A stretch of DNA of 62,526 nucleotides, filler included, from Hausera hauseri (taxonomy: Eukaryota), in assembly GCA_046269625.1 (NCBI GenBank). It is 10 parts of 10 records of this genome, joined end to end, with 100 filler letters (N's around TTAATTAATTAA, not from the genome) between each part and the next. Parts side by side here need not be neighbours in the genome. Positions count along the whole stretch, not along the records: positions 10,837 to 15,925 come from JBJURY010340047.1; positions 16,026 to 24,711 come from JBJURY010571005.1; 8 more parts are not named here. One strand, written 5' to 3'. Shown piece by piece: positions 13,045 to 24,811 of this stretch (positions are counted from its first letter, which is position 1; the number at the start of each line of letters is the position of its first letter). Made by a program: the position numbers and the translations under genes. The notes beneath the pieces are model-generated. The model saw only the letters and a program-made list of their open reading frames with translations, ran no database searches and had not been told where the DNA came from.

Positions 13045-14371
13045 CACTCTTCCTCCGGACAACGGTCATCAATTCATTCTCACCCTGATGGACCGTTCCT
13101 CGCGATGGCCAGACGCCATCTCTCTGCGTAGCACAAATACCGACACCGTTGCTGACATTTTCATTCGTACATGGATTAGCAGATTTGGATCACCTCGCTT
13201 CATCATCACGGACCAGGGTCCACAGTTTAAATCCAACCTGCTCACATTCCTTGTTAACCTATTGGGGATCCAACACATACATACTACGCCTTATCACTCC
13301 CAATAGAATGGCCTTTTAAAACGTTTCCACCGAACATTGAAAACGTCACTAAGAATCCTTGCCTAGTCAAACATTAGTTTGACGAATCTTATTCCGTTTG
13401 TTCTGCTTGGCTGGCGGAACACTTCCTCTACTTCTACCGGCTGTTCGCCCAATGAAGCCTTATTCGGTGTTCCTGTACGATCATTATTCGAACTTAGTGC
13501 TTTTGACGACACCCCTACAGATGAAACAATGTGGGCAGTGCAAAATTACTTCGTTACGATCAGTAAAAATTCGTTCTGCAGGTTACTTTACAAAGACAAA
13601 ACATATTTACCTGAAGACTTCAATTCGGCAAAATTCGTTTGGCTAAAAAATCAAACGCCGTGCGGTTTTCAACCACGGTATTTGGGGTCTTACAAACTTG
13701 TCCAATTACACTCTCACAACGCCCTTATTTCTAAAGATGGTAAGGAACTTTCGGTGCATATCACCAACGTCAAACCTGACCTTTTTGTAGACGATACCCC
13801 AAATTTGAACCTTCTACCCCCGTTCTGACTCCTCCACTGTTTCCCTTACAGTTCCTATCACTCCTGCACCGCCTTCCGTCCCAAATCCTATTCCTACTCC
13901 TTTACCATAACCTCCTTTTAAAATCCATTCTCCTAACCTTACAACTTGTCTTTCCTTTTTTCTTGCATCTCCTTCTCCAACTACTTCTTCGTCCTTGATC
14001 GACACCCACCTTACACCACTCCATCCGACATTTTTTTACCTCCATCAACTCATCAACAAGATTCAGTGACATTGAGAAATCGCAAATCCGTGACATTTAG
14101 TACCTATAGTAAGGAAATTAACACTGCATGAGTTCAACGTCTTATTCACACAAAGAAAGTCTGCTTCTTATCGACACATTTCCTACTTTGTTATCCTCTA
14201 GTCTTTGCTTTGCCACGCTGGGGGGGGGTGATATTGTGCCAAACAAAGGCCGTAAATAACCTGTAAATATACTATTATTGTTTTTTTGTTTTTATTTGTT
14301 TTTAAAATTATCGACGAGTTGGTGCACTTTTGTCGTTTAATCCAATCGTGACCAGATTTGGATGTGACAAC
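13045..14371 (+). mobile_element. Ty3/gypsy (CsRn1-like) integrase, tail, PPT and about 140-bp 3' LTR
   Basis: LTLMDRSSRWPDA, ITDQGPQF, FQPRYLGSY; G-tract PPT 14220-14228; LTR from 14232 resembles 24394-24533. Confidence 0.9.
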
Positions 14372-14559
14372 TCTTTCTTTCGATATACTGGTGTATTAAA
14401 TACTGTCGATATCTAACATTATAGAGTTTCAACAGTTACTTTGTCGTCATTACAGATTCCTTTGTACTTTTCATGCGCAAGATACGTACATAAATCCAAG
14501 AGAGGAATAGAAAATAGGAAATATAATAAAAAAACTGTAAAGGAAGAAAACGTTCCTGA

Positions 14560-15362
14560 GATTTTCAGCTCCATGCAGCCTGTTCAGTTGGTCTGAGTGG
14601 AGTCCATGCTATGCAACATGTGAGAAACATGGTCATCGTAGGCAAATTGGGATGTTTGCTAGATTGAACGAAGAGGAAGGCAGCTGCAAAAAGCATGGTA
14701 AAAGTTTAACAACTAACGAAGTGAAACTCTGTCAAAAGGAACTAAATGCGGTGCATCAAAGACTAGATATTACTATGACGGTTCAAATCACACTTGTCTA
14801 CCATTCAAATACATAGGGTGCAAAGGTACGTTAAGTAATTTTAAAACCAAAATGGATTGTGTGAAAACAAGTATACCAGCAATAGAGTCCTTAGCTCCGT
14901 GGAGACCGGGGAGAATAGCAATGCTTCAGTACAAATCAAAGTATAAGTCTCTTGGAACATCCCATAAATCCAATCCAACGGTGGCCAAACAATGTTTTTT
15001 ATCAGTGGATTATGGTTCAATGGACTGTAACAATAGTACTAATGAAATACGGTACTATTTGACACAAAGAAATCACAGATGTACACAATTTTTTTATTCT
15101 GGCTGCAAAGGCAACAGCAATAACTTTCCCTCTTATAACCAGCGTATGAAAGCCTGTATGCCAGAAAGAATGCACGTATTGAATAGTGTACCAGTTCGGG
15201 ATTTTGTGGTTTCTCGATGGTCTCATCGGGAACATTGTTCTGCCAAATGTGATGAAAGAAAAAAGAAATCGTTAGAGACTGCTACAGAAACCAGCAATGA
15301 AGGGAGGAGAACCTTGTCCAAATCTTTTTGAAGAAATGAAGTGCAATAATATGAACTGTTAA
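14560..15362 (+). pseudogene. Spondin-like TSP1-Kunitz-Kunitz-TSP1 protein fragment, frameshifted
   Basis: WSEWSPCYATC (TSP1); RYYYDGSNHTCLPFKYIGCKG and RYY..TQRNHRCTQFFYSGCKGNSNNF (Kunitz); terminal TSP1; AATAAA near 15377. Confidence 0.75.
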
Positions 15363-16028
15363 GAATAGTATTAGTTAATAAAATTGATTTTTGTTACGTT
15401 TAAAAAAATAATAATACATCTGTATTTGTTGTACTGTTCATTCATTTTGGCTATTCAATGTTAGAATTATACGAATCTAACCAAACCATAATCTTGATGG
15501 TGGAGATCCAGGTCGGAAAAAGATTGAAACCAGCAAAGACACCGGGTATAAATCACATTAAAATAGAACAAACCTTTTCAACAGATGACAAAATACCTTC
15601 AATTGTGTCAGAAATGTCAGAAATTTACGCCAGTAAAAATTGGAATTATATATTTTTTCAAATTGCACAGTATTCGTCGAGATCAACCGGTAAAAAATCA
15701 TTTAAGAAGTGACGTATGGAAAATATTTCTCAGCGTTAAAATTCAATTTGATTCACTCGAAAATTTTAATGACGTTTTCCATTTAAATAATCATGAATTT
15801 TTTCATGATTGTTGTGGCGAATTTGTCACATCATTACCACAAGAATTCTGTTGCAATATTACTGGATTCATTAATGACATTGAAAATAACGGTTGGTTGA
15901 ATATTCTTCGAGTTTTATGTTGTGANNNNNNNNNNNNNNNNNNNNNNNNNNNNNNNNNNNNNNNNNNNNTTAATTAATTAANNNNNNNNNNNNNNNNNNN
16001 NNNNNNNNNNNNNNNNNNNNNNNNNCAT

Positions 16029-19000
16029 TTGCTTTCCATTCAATTGAAAAAGATCGCTGACGAAAAAATGGTGATACCAAACTCGTTGTTGATAAAAATA
16101 CGTTACGATGTTATCAATTGTTGTTGCGGAACCATTTCACAATTGCATTCCAGTATTAAGCACGCTGGCCATATGTGTCTAGTTTCCGGTTGGAAATTGT
16201 TGTTCGCCAATCAGCGCGATAAACTCGTTGGGATTTACTACACTTCAAATTGCCGAGAACTCACTGTCACACTTTAACGTTCTAATTGCAATGTGTCTCG
16301 ACACGATGAATATGAAATCCCTTATTAACACATTGATGGAGTTGCCGGTTAATACAACAGCGCCGAGTTCGAGTAATTCCATCACAAATGATTTACCGAC
16401 AGTTGAATCTGTTATTGAAATCATTGTGAAATATACATTTTCCAAAATTCGAATTAGTCTAGAATCAACAAATAATGACTTTTCAAAGTCACCCGATAAT
16501 TTAACCGATTCTCCACTTTCTAAAGATACAATTGAGTGCGACATTGACCCGAACGATTCGTCAGTTTTAAGTAAAATGGTCAATTTCCAAGAAAATCTCT
16601 TGACTCAAATCGTTTGCATGCTCCAAGAATCGAAATCCGTTCAAGATCAAAGTCAGCAAGTTTTAAAATTAATACTAACTGTCTACGGGAAAAAACTTGC
16701 ACATCAAGCCATTGAAACCATTGAATTCTGTTGGTCATTAATAAATAAGTTCAACGGGGCATCGATTCAATTAATAAATAACATTAGTAAATGTGGTTTT
16801 AGTCAACTGTTGATAAGTTTCGTTCAATCCATTAATTGGCTATTGAAGAATTATCTATCCACAAAATCCCACATTAAATCGGATCCGAAATTATTGAAAA
16901 CCAACTCGAAATTAACTCTGAGCAATTCGACTTATTTTGATTCGATCTTTAAATTTAGTTTGACGATTCGTGAAATTGTCTTTTCGTTCAAGCCCATTTT
17001 GATCACCCTTGACAAAATTAATCGTCTCCAGGAATCCATTGTTATTAACGACAGCGAAGATGGCTCATTGCCTGGCTGGCGACATAATACTTGGACACAA
17101 TATCAAGAAGTGAATAAAATTCTTTTTCGAATGAAAGATTTGAACGATCTCAATAACCAAATGGTCGTTGTCGGTAACAGAGTGTACGATGTTGATAGAT
17201 TAAGTGTTGAATCGAAGAAAAGATTAGCGGAATTGGTTCCGTTGAAAAATACCATATTTATATCGGATGATATAGATAAGTCTGTTCACAAACGAGAAAT
17301 ACTAAATTTACTAAGAATATGTTATTGTGGTGAAGTTATAAATGATGATGAGTCGCCGATTAATTTTTATGATACTAATAGTGAGGATGGTAATCGTTTG
17401 TATATTATCGAGAGACTTTTTATTTCTATATTTTGCGATGTTTTACTCTTTTACCAAAGTACATGCAGTCTGATGAAAAGGTCATCGGGTTATAAACATT
17501 TGCTGGAATATTCCGTTGAAAAATTACCCGCGGTCTTGCAACAAATAACGTTGAAAAAGAAATCTGATCAACTTCAGATTTTGACAGATAACAGTTGTAT
17601 TAGTAATTTACTGTCTTGTCATTTCGAGGAAAAAGAACGGGATGAAGTTGAAGAAGTGAAAGAGTTGAGTAATGAGTCGATAAGTTTAACCAATAATGAG
17701 TCTGGAAGTAAAATATTGTCGAATTGCATCCATTTGTTGACGTATGGTACGGCTCATTCTCTTATTGGATCACAATTTTTATTGAGTAGTATTTTTCAGT
17801 GGTTGCGATGTGATTCGTATAAAAGTAAAATTGACAATAAGGCCAACAATTCTGTTCTTCTAGACAACATACAAGACAGCAATCTGGATGTTACTTTTAT
17901 GTTAATTTTGATTGTTATGACTAGACATTGTAATATCGCATCTGAATTGTCTCAACATCTAGTGAGGCGAAATTCTGACCATCCATTAAGTCATGACCTT
18001 TCAACTGTGATTCAGTATTCATTCGACATTCGTCGAGAAATCATCAAACGCCACCAACAAACTGGTACCTTCTACAAAGAGCTTTGTTCTAGTATAATAT
18101 CTCGTTGTCGATTTTTAATTGACGAAGTCGAACCGATTTATCATTCTGTTAACAGCTGTTCGAATTCCCGTCGTAAACCTGCGAATTTGGTAGAAGTGAA
18201 AAATGACTTGATAACGGCAAACCGATGGAGTTGGTATTTTGCCGTGATAAAATTACTTAAAGCTAACAATGAAAAACGTCAGGATCAATGGCAATTTATT
18301 TACGATATTATTAGTAGACGAATTTCTTTGGATAAAAAGATTAATTCAAAAAATCAAAAGGAGTCAAAATCCGACAGTTTATCACATTTAAACGTCATAG
18401 GTAGTCAGATTACTCTATTCCTTTTAAATAAGAATAACATTGACCTTCGAAAATTTAGAACTTTAGGTTTAGCGCAGAAAATTCAATACAACTGTATCAT
18501 TTCGAATGTTAGAGATTTTAAAGCGTTGTTACAGTTTTGTTCGAATTACGGTTTGTACAGTTTGTTACACAGTTCGAATGCTTCACCATCAAAAATCAAC
18601 ATAATGGAATTATCGATATTGCTCGTAAATCTTTTGACAGGTACACAGTGTAAAAATTTGATCAAAGACACCCTTTTCAACAATATGTCCGATGGTTTAA
18701 GCCGAACTATGACATTCCGATATCGATTTCTATTTTCTGTTTAATTTTTAATGTTGATGATCGAGTTTATCCGGACATACACGCTTGTTCCATGTCAATT
18801 GGTTATAATACCCAGAACAAGGAAGTGGAATCGATTTTCATTTTTAATGCATACACAGTTTCTTTTGATAACCTTGCTCAAAGGCACGTTGATAAATGGC
18901 AGAAATCATTCGGTAGTTTGTACAACCTTTTGAGTTCACAACTCGATTACCACATTCGAATAAGCGAAATGTCCTATTCATTCAGTAATACCAGAGATGT

Positions 19001-19090
19001 TGGCGAAATCCCACCAGCATCCAATCTGGTAGGATTTATGGACATTTCCACTCTATACTCGTCGGTGAAACGGATACACAACGAGGTGAG
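16029..19090 (+). pseudogene. HERC2: HERC2-like E3 ligase internal fragment (838-aa ORF 16228-18744 with frameshifted flanks)
   Basis: IIKRHQQTGTFYKELCSSIISRCRFLIDEVEP resembles HERC2 [32 protein letters not shown]; cytochrome-b5-like VVVGNRVYDV; LDKINRL; ends at the Ty3 element. Confidence 0.65.
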
Positions 19091-19398
19091 ATTTGTCATA
19101 GCGTACTATTCGTCTGTCGACCACCTATTTAATTTGCTTCTAATTAGCGTTTCCTATTTACTGTTTTTCTCTTATGTTTTGTTCTTAACATGTTCGCCGT
19201 TCATACAACATCACTCCGTTGCGATTGTAATTTACAGCTCATTTACGTCGATACTTCAGATTTTTGTTCATATACGTGTAACAATATACTCATAAGTTCC
19301 GAGTACATCGCAGCGTGACAGACTACCCACCTGTCCGTCCAATGCCAATGGGTCCCACAGCATGATTTGTACCATCACCACACCACCCACTAGGGCCT

Positions 19399-20724
19399 GT
19401 GATACCCCTCTCGTTTTCCTTTTTAATAAATAACTCTCAATTACTAAGGCACAATATAACATACCATACAGACACACTGTACCTACATAAATATGTACAG
19501 TATTTTACTGCCTTTTCTGACTTTTACTTAACTCTTAATGATCTACCACTCGTTCATGCCAATGTTCGCAATTTTTTCTTTTCTTCAACCCCACATCTCG
19601 TTATCCATGTACACTTGCGCATACGTGGTGGCATGGATTCTTCGCCCATCATTGCCACTACTGACAAAACTACCTCTAAATTATTACCTTTTACTTTTCA
19701 CCAGAAATTAACGACCGTAACCACGCCATCTACTTTCACCCCGCCAGATAAACACACTTCTTCTCAGTGCACTGAATATTTTATCGATCATGAAAAATCC
19801 AGCAAAACATGGCTTAGCTTTCACAAACTTTGGCTGCAGTCTAACAACGCTGCTGATCCCTCAGCAAAAGCTCATAGTTTACTTTGCCTTTTACCAAACA
19901 CAGTAAAGACTTCTCTTCACGATATTTTAGACATCTTTCAACAATCCGACCAGTACACCCTTCTCTATAACGCAGTCGTAAAACTTACCGAACCGTCTAT
20001 TGATTCCATAATCCATAGATTCTTTAATGATAATTCAGTTGGAACACAAAAGCCTTCGGAGTTCTTGCGTACATCGCTGACTCACCTACAAACGCTAGGT
20101 ATAACTAGGCAGCATAATTCAGACTTTCTGTGATGATATTTCTTAAACGCGTTGCCTATACAAATTATGGTACTTCTTACCGTTGTCGAGGAATCTACGG
20201 CGTTGGATAAATTGGCGGAATTGGCTGATAAAGGACATGAAGTACTACAATTGAATTCCCATCCAATTGTATCAGCAGCGGTCACAACAAGAGATAATCA
20301 ACTCAATACAACAATAGAGCAACAGTTGAGCCAATTACGAGCTACAAATTTAGTACTACAACAGACAATACATAACATTAATAATCGGTTGAACGATCTT
20401 TTCTTACCACGACGAAGTGTTCCTAATTATAATCGAACTCGTTCTGTTTCCAGAAACAGGTCACCATCGCATACACGATCTTTTGTGTGCTATTATCATA
20501 GCAAATTTCATAATAAAGCTAATAAATGATGTTTAGGGAGTAGATATTACACTCCAAATTTACATTCATACAAGATTATTTGCATCTACCATGCGAAATT
20601 TGGATTCCACGCTGAGAAATGTCTTTTAGGCTGCAATTATAAGAACAACGCTAACCATACTACCGACAGACGTTCTATTTCCCCTAGTAATAGTCGGCCG
20701 ATCTCACCAATCCAAGAAAACTAA
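19399..20724 (+). pseudogene. Ubiquitin-like domain-Gag fusion ORF with in-frame stops
   Basis: 78 codons ending VIHVHLRIRGG (19632), then MDSSP...; Gag KPSEFLR, LDKLAELAD, two CxxH knuckles; ends AAGAAAAC-TAA. Confidence 0.8.
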
Positions 20725-23700
20725 TTTCACCGTCAGTACTCACGGCAGAGTCTGGCAAAGGCAACTTTTCTAATACTACCTGCCAACACACTTATTTTGC
20801 AGTTTTTACAATAAAGGCTTCGATAAACATACCAACAGCTCAATCCATAGACTTCTTTATCGAAACAGGCCCTATGGTTTCTTTGCTACCACTCCTTTTC
20901 CTTGTACAAAATTCGCCATTTAAAGCTAAATCATTATTTACGGCTTCAGGACAACCGCTTAACAGTTCAGGTACATCTAAATTGTCGTTCACCTTACCAA
21001 AATTTCAGTCCACGTTTCATTGGACGTTTACCATCGCTAACGTTCGCATAGCAATCCTAGGTTCCGATTTCTTATCGCACTATAATCTTTTAGTTGATTG
21101 CAAACAACAATGTCTGAAAGTAACACTACTGGATATCTTACCGAGCAAATAAATAGTATATCCGCTAAGGCGCAAACGATCTTCCCGCGGAAGCCTATAC
21201 TTAAAAATTCTGTAAGTAATCCAAACTTCTTCAACAAGCATTTTTCATTTCGTAATTTGTTAATGATAATATCGATATTCAGTCTAGATTTGGTTTTGAC
21301 AAGTACGATTGCGTTGGTTCAGTATATTCACTAGACAAAATTACCTCTTCAAACACTATTTTTAATACTACAATCCTACATCAAATTCCCCTTGATTTCA
21401 ATAACTCGCAAACATCACTCATCATTGCACTTATTGACTCAACACCATCACATCACCCAATCTCTCGAAATTGCCTGCAAGTCTACAGCAATACATACAC
21501 ACTTCATGCCCCCACTTAATCCAGAAGGACCGAACCTACACACCTAAAAACAGCACTTTTCATCACATCATAACGCAGCACCAAAGACCGATTCGTCGAA
21601 AGGTACGTCTATTGTCACCTTGTCGTAGGCAAGCTGTCGAAGCGGAATTTCCAGACCTTGAACGCTCCGGCATTGTAGCAGATCTAATTCGCCGTGGTCT
21701 TAGCCTTTCACGTTGTTTAAAAAAAGATGGATCCTTCCGACAGTGCAGTGATTACCGTAAATTAAACACTTTAATTGTTATGAATGCATATCCTTTATCA
21801 TTAATTAAGGATATCCTGCACCGACTCAATTCCACCACAGTATATTCAATCATAGACTTAGCCAAGGCATATTATCAAATTCCTGTAGCACACGAGGATA
21901 TCCAGAAAACCTTTCGGCCTGTACGAATGCATTTATATGCCTTTTGGTTTACGCAACACTGCGCAGACTTTCCAACATCACATCGACTTTATCCTCTCGG
22001 ATTTCACATATATCGACGATATCTTGATTGCTTCGTCTTTAACCAAACATAATGAGGAACATCTTCGTTCTATTTTCCAACGACTCAACCACTATAATTT
22101 ACAAACTAATTTTTTGAAATAGCACTTCTTCCAAAAGCGTATTAACTTTCTTGGATACATCATTTTGACAAATGGTCATTCTCCTCAGCCAGAATGTGTT
22201 GAAGCTCTCAAAAGTATACAACTACCACGAACAACAACAGAAATGAGGAGCTTTCTGGGAACGTTACACTTCGTTCACAAGTATGTGCCGTACTGCTCTG
22301 AACTTACAGCACAATTTGCTTACTTAAGCGGCGGCAAAAACATTAGTCAATCCAGTAGACACCTAACCTAGTTGATAAGTTTGATAAGCTACGCAAAGGA
22401 ATTAAGACCGTCGACATTCTCGCTTTCCCCAAGCCTGATGCGGAACTCATCATTACTACAGACGCTTCAACCACTGCGGTAGGTGCTGTGCTTCATCAAA
22501 TCAACAAAAAAGAAAACCAACCGCTGGAATTTTTCTCGTAAGTTAGCACCTCCTGAAACTAGATACTCAACGTTCGATCGAGAATTATTGGCCATCGTTC
22601 TCGCTTTAAAGCATTTCTCCCACCTACTTGTCGCTCGACATTTTACCATACAGACCTATCACAAGCCTATAACTAACATCATGGCTATGAAACATCCTTC
22701 CACACGCCAAAAACGACAGATATCATATCCGTCGACATTTAACTTTGACATTAAACATATTAACGGGGTTAATAATTTGGTTGCCGATTTCCTATCTTGG
22801 ACGGTTGGTTTGATTAATTTTTCACTAATCTTCTCTCAAGTACAATTCCAACAGAACCAGCCACGTTAGGACGTGCTTAGTTCTTTTAAGTCTTGTACAA
22901 TTGTTGATGGCGTGGCTTTAGACACTTCCAAACCAGGTCATTCCGTAATAATTCTAGCACCATCATTGCAAAGGCAAGCATTTCACAGCGTACATTAACT
23001 ACACCATCTCGCTGCTAAAGCCACTTTTCGTTTACTCCATCGACAAGTAATTTGGCCGTCAATGCATTCTGATGTGCAAGCGTGGGTTAAGGAGTGCTTG
23101 GCTTGCCAGAAATGTAAAACCACGAAACATTTGAAGCCACCAATATATCATTTCCCTTGCACATCATGTTTCGAGTCTGTTCATGTTGATCTCGTTGGCC
23201 CTCTTCTTCCTGACAATGGTCATAAGTTCATTTTGACCATGATGGATCGTTTCTCACGTTGGCCAGAAGCTGTCTCCTTACGGAGCACTAACACGGACAC
23301 AACAGCAGCCGTTTTCATAGGCACTTGGATCAAAAGATTTGGATCCCCTAGATTTATTATTACGGACCAAGGTAGTCAGTTTGAGTTCAATTTGTTTAAA
23401 TCTCTTGTTAACCGATTAGGAATCAGCCATATACATACATCACCGTATCACCCCCAATCGAATGGTCTTCTAGAGAGATTCCACAGAACACTAAAAATGT
23501 CACTGAGAATCCTCGCAAAATCCAATAGCAGTTGGACTACTCTTCTTCCGTTGGTTCTTCTGGGTTGGCGTAACACCCCTTCAACTTCTACTGGTTGTTC
23601 ACCTACGAAAGCCCTCTTTGGAACATCTGTACGTTCATTATTTGAGTTAACTGCCTTGGAAGATACACATACAGACGAAGCTATCCGAACGGCACAGAAT

Positions 23701-24393
23701 CATTTTTGCTCAGTCAGTAAAGATTCATTCTGCAGAGTAATACATAACAATAAAACGTACTTACCCGACGATTTATATTCTGCAAAATTTGTCTGGCTGA
23801 GAAACCAGACATCGTGCGGTTTTCAGCCACGGTATTTGGTCCTTACAAACTCGTCCAATTGCACTCTCACAATGCCATTGTTTCCAAAGACGGTAAGGAA
23901 CTAGCGGTTCATATCAACAACGTCAAGCCTGCATTTTTCGTAGACAACATCCTCCCCCAATTGAATCTTCAACCCCTTTTTTGACTCCTCCATGTTGTAC
24001 CTTTTCAGTTCCTACACCCAGTACATCCCTTTCCATTTTGACCCCTTTACCTACTCCTTTATCTGACCCTACTCCGAACTCCTCTTCTACTATCCTTCCA
24101 ACCTTTCCTTCCTTTACTCCTACATCTACTTTTCCACCTTCTTTTTCATCACTAAACGACACAACACCTTCAACGCTGAAATCCGACATTGTTTTACCGC
24201 AATCTTCCCCTCAACCAGATTCTAAGACATTGAAAATGAGCAAAGCAGTCACATTTAGTAAATACAGTAAGGAGATTAACACTGCAGGGGTACAATGTCT
24301 TATTCATACAAAGACCAGTTAGACAACCTACACAGTTTCTACAAATCTTCCCCTTTCTTACCTCTTTAGTCGTTGCTTTGCCACGGGGGGTGA

Positions 24394-24533
24394 TGTTGTG
24401 CCCAATAGGACTTTGTAAATACACCGTTATTGTTTTCTCATTTGTTCTTATTTGTTTTGGAATTGCCGACGAATTGATGCGCTTTTGCTGCTTTTATCGC
24501 ATCGTGTCAGAATATCTCATCAGGACCACAACA
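24394..24533 (+). repeat. 3' LTR (140 bp)
   Basis: Follows PPT GGGGGGTGA; starts TGTTGTG and ends CACAACA (7-bp terminal inverted repeat). Confidence 0.8.
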
Positions 24534-24811
24534 ACCCAGATTTATAGATTCCTATTCTAGATTTGACACAATAACTCAATTTACAACAGAACGATTTCCT
24601 TGTATCCGAACACAACATAAAATACTGGATACCATCAATCCAGACTATACAACACACCAATTATTATTCTATGACGGTATCGGTAATATTCACTAATCAG
24701 TGGAAGACGAANNNNNNNNNNNNNNNNNNNNNNNNNNNNNNNNNNNNNNNNNNNNTTAATTAATTAANNNNNNNNNNNNNNNNNNNNNNNNNNNNNNNNN
24801 NNNNNNNNNNN

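Larger units (their letters stand above)
19092..24533 (+). mobile_element. Near full-length decayed Ty3/gypsy LTR retrotransposon, CsRn1-like (UBL-Gag, PR-RT-RH-IN)
   Basis: Gag CHCC motif CIYHAKFGFHAEKCLLGC; PR FLIETG (DTG-like); RT IDLAKAY, MPFGL, YIDDILIAS; RH TTDAS, YSTFDRELLA; IN HVDLVGPL, TDQGSQF, ERFHRTLK; 5' boundary uncertain. Confidence 0.93.
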
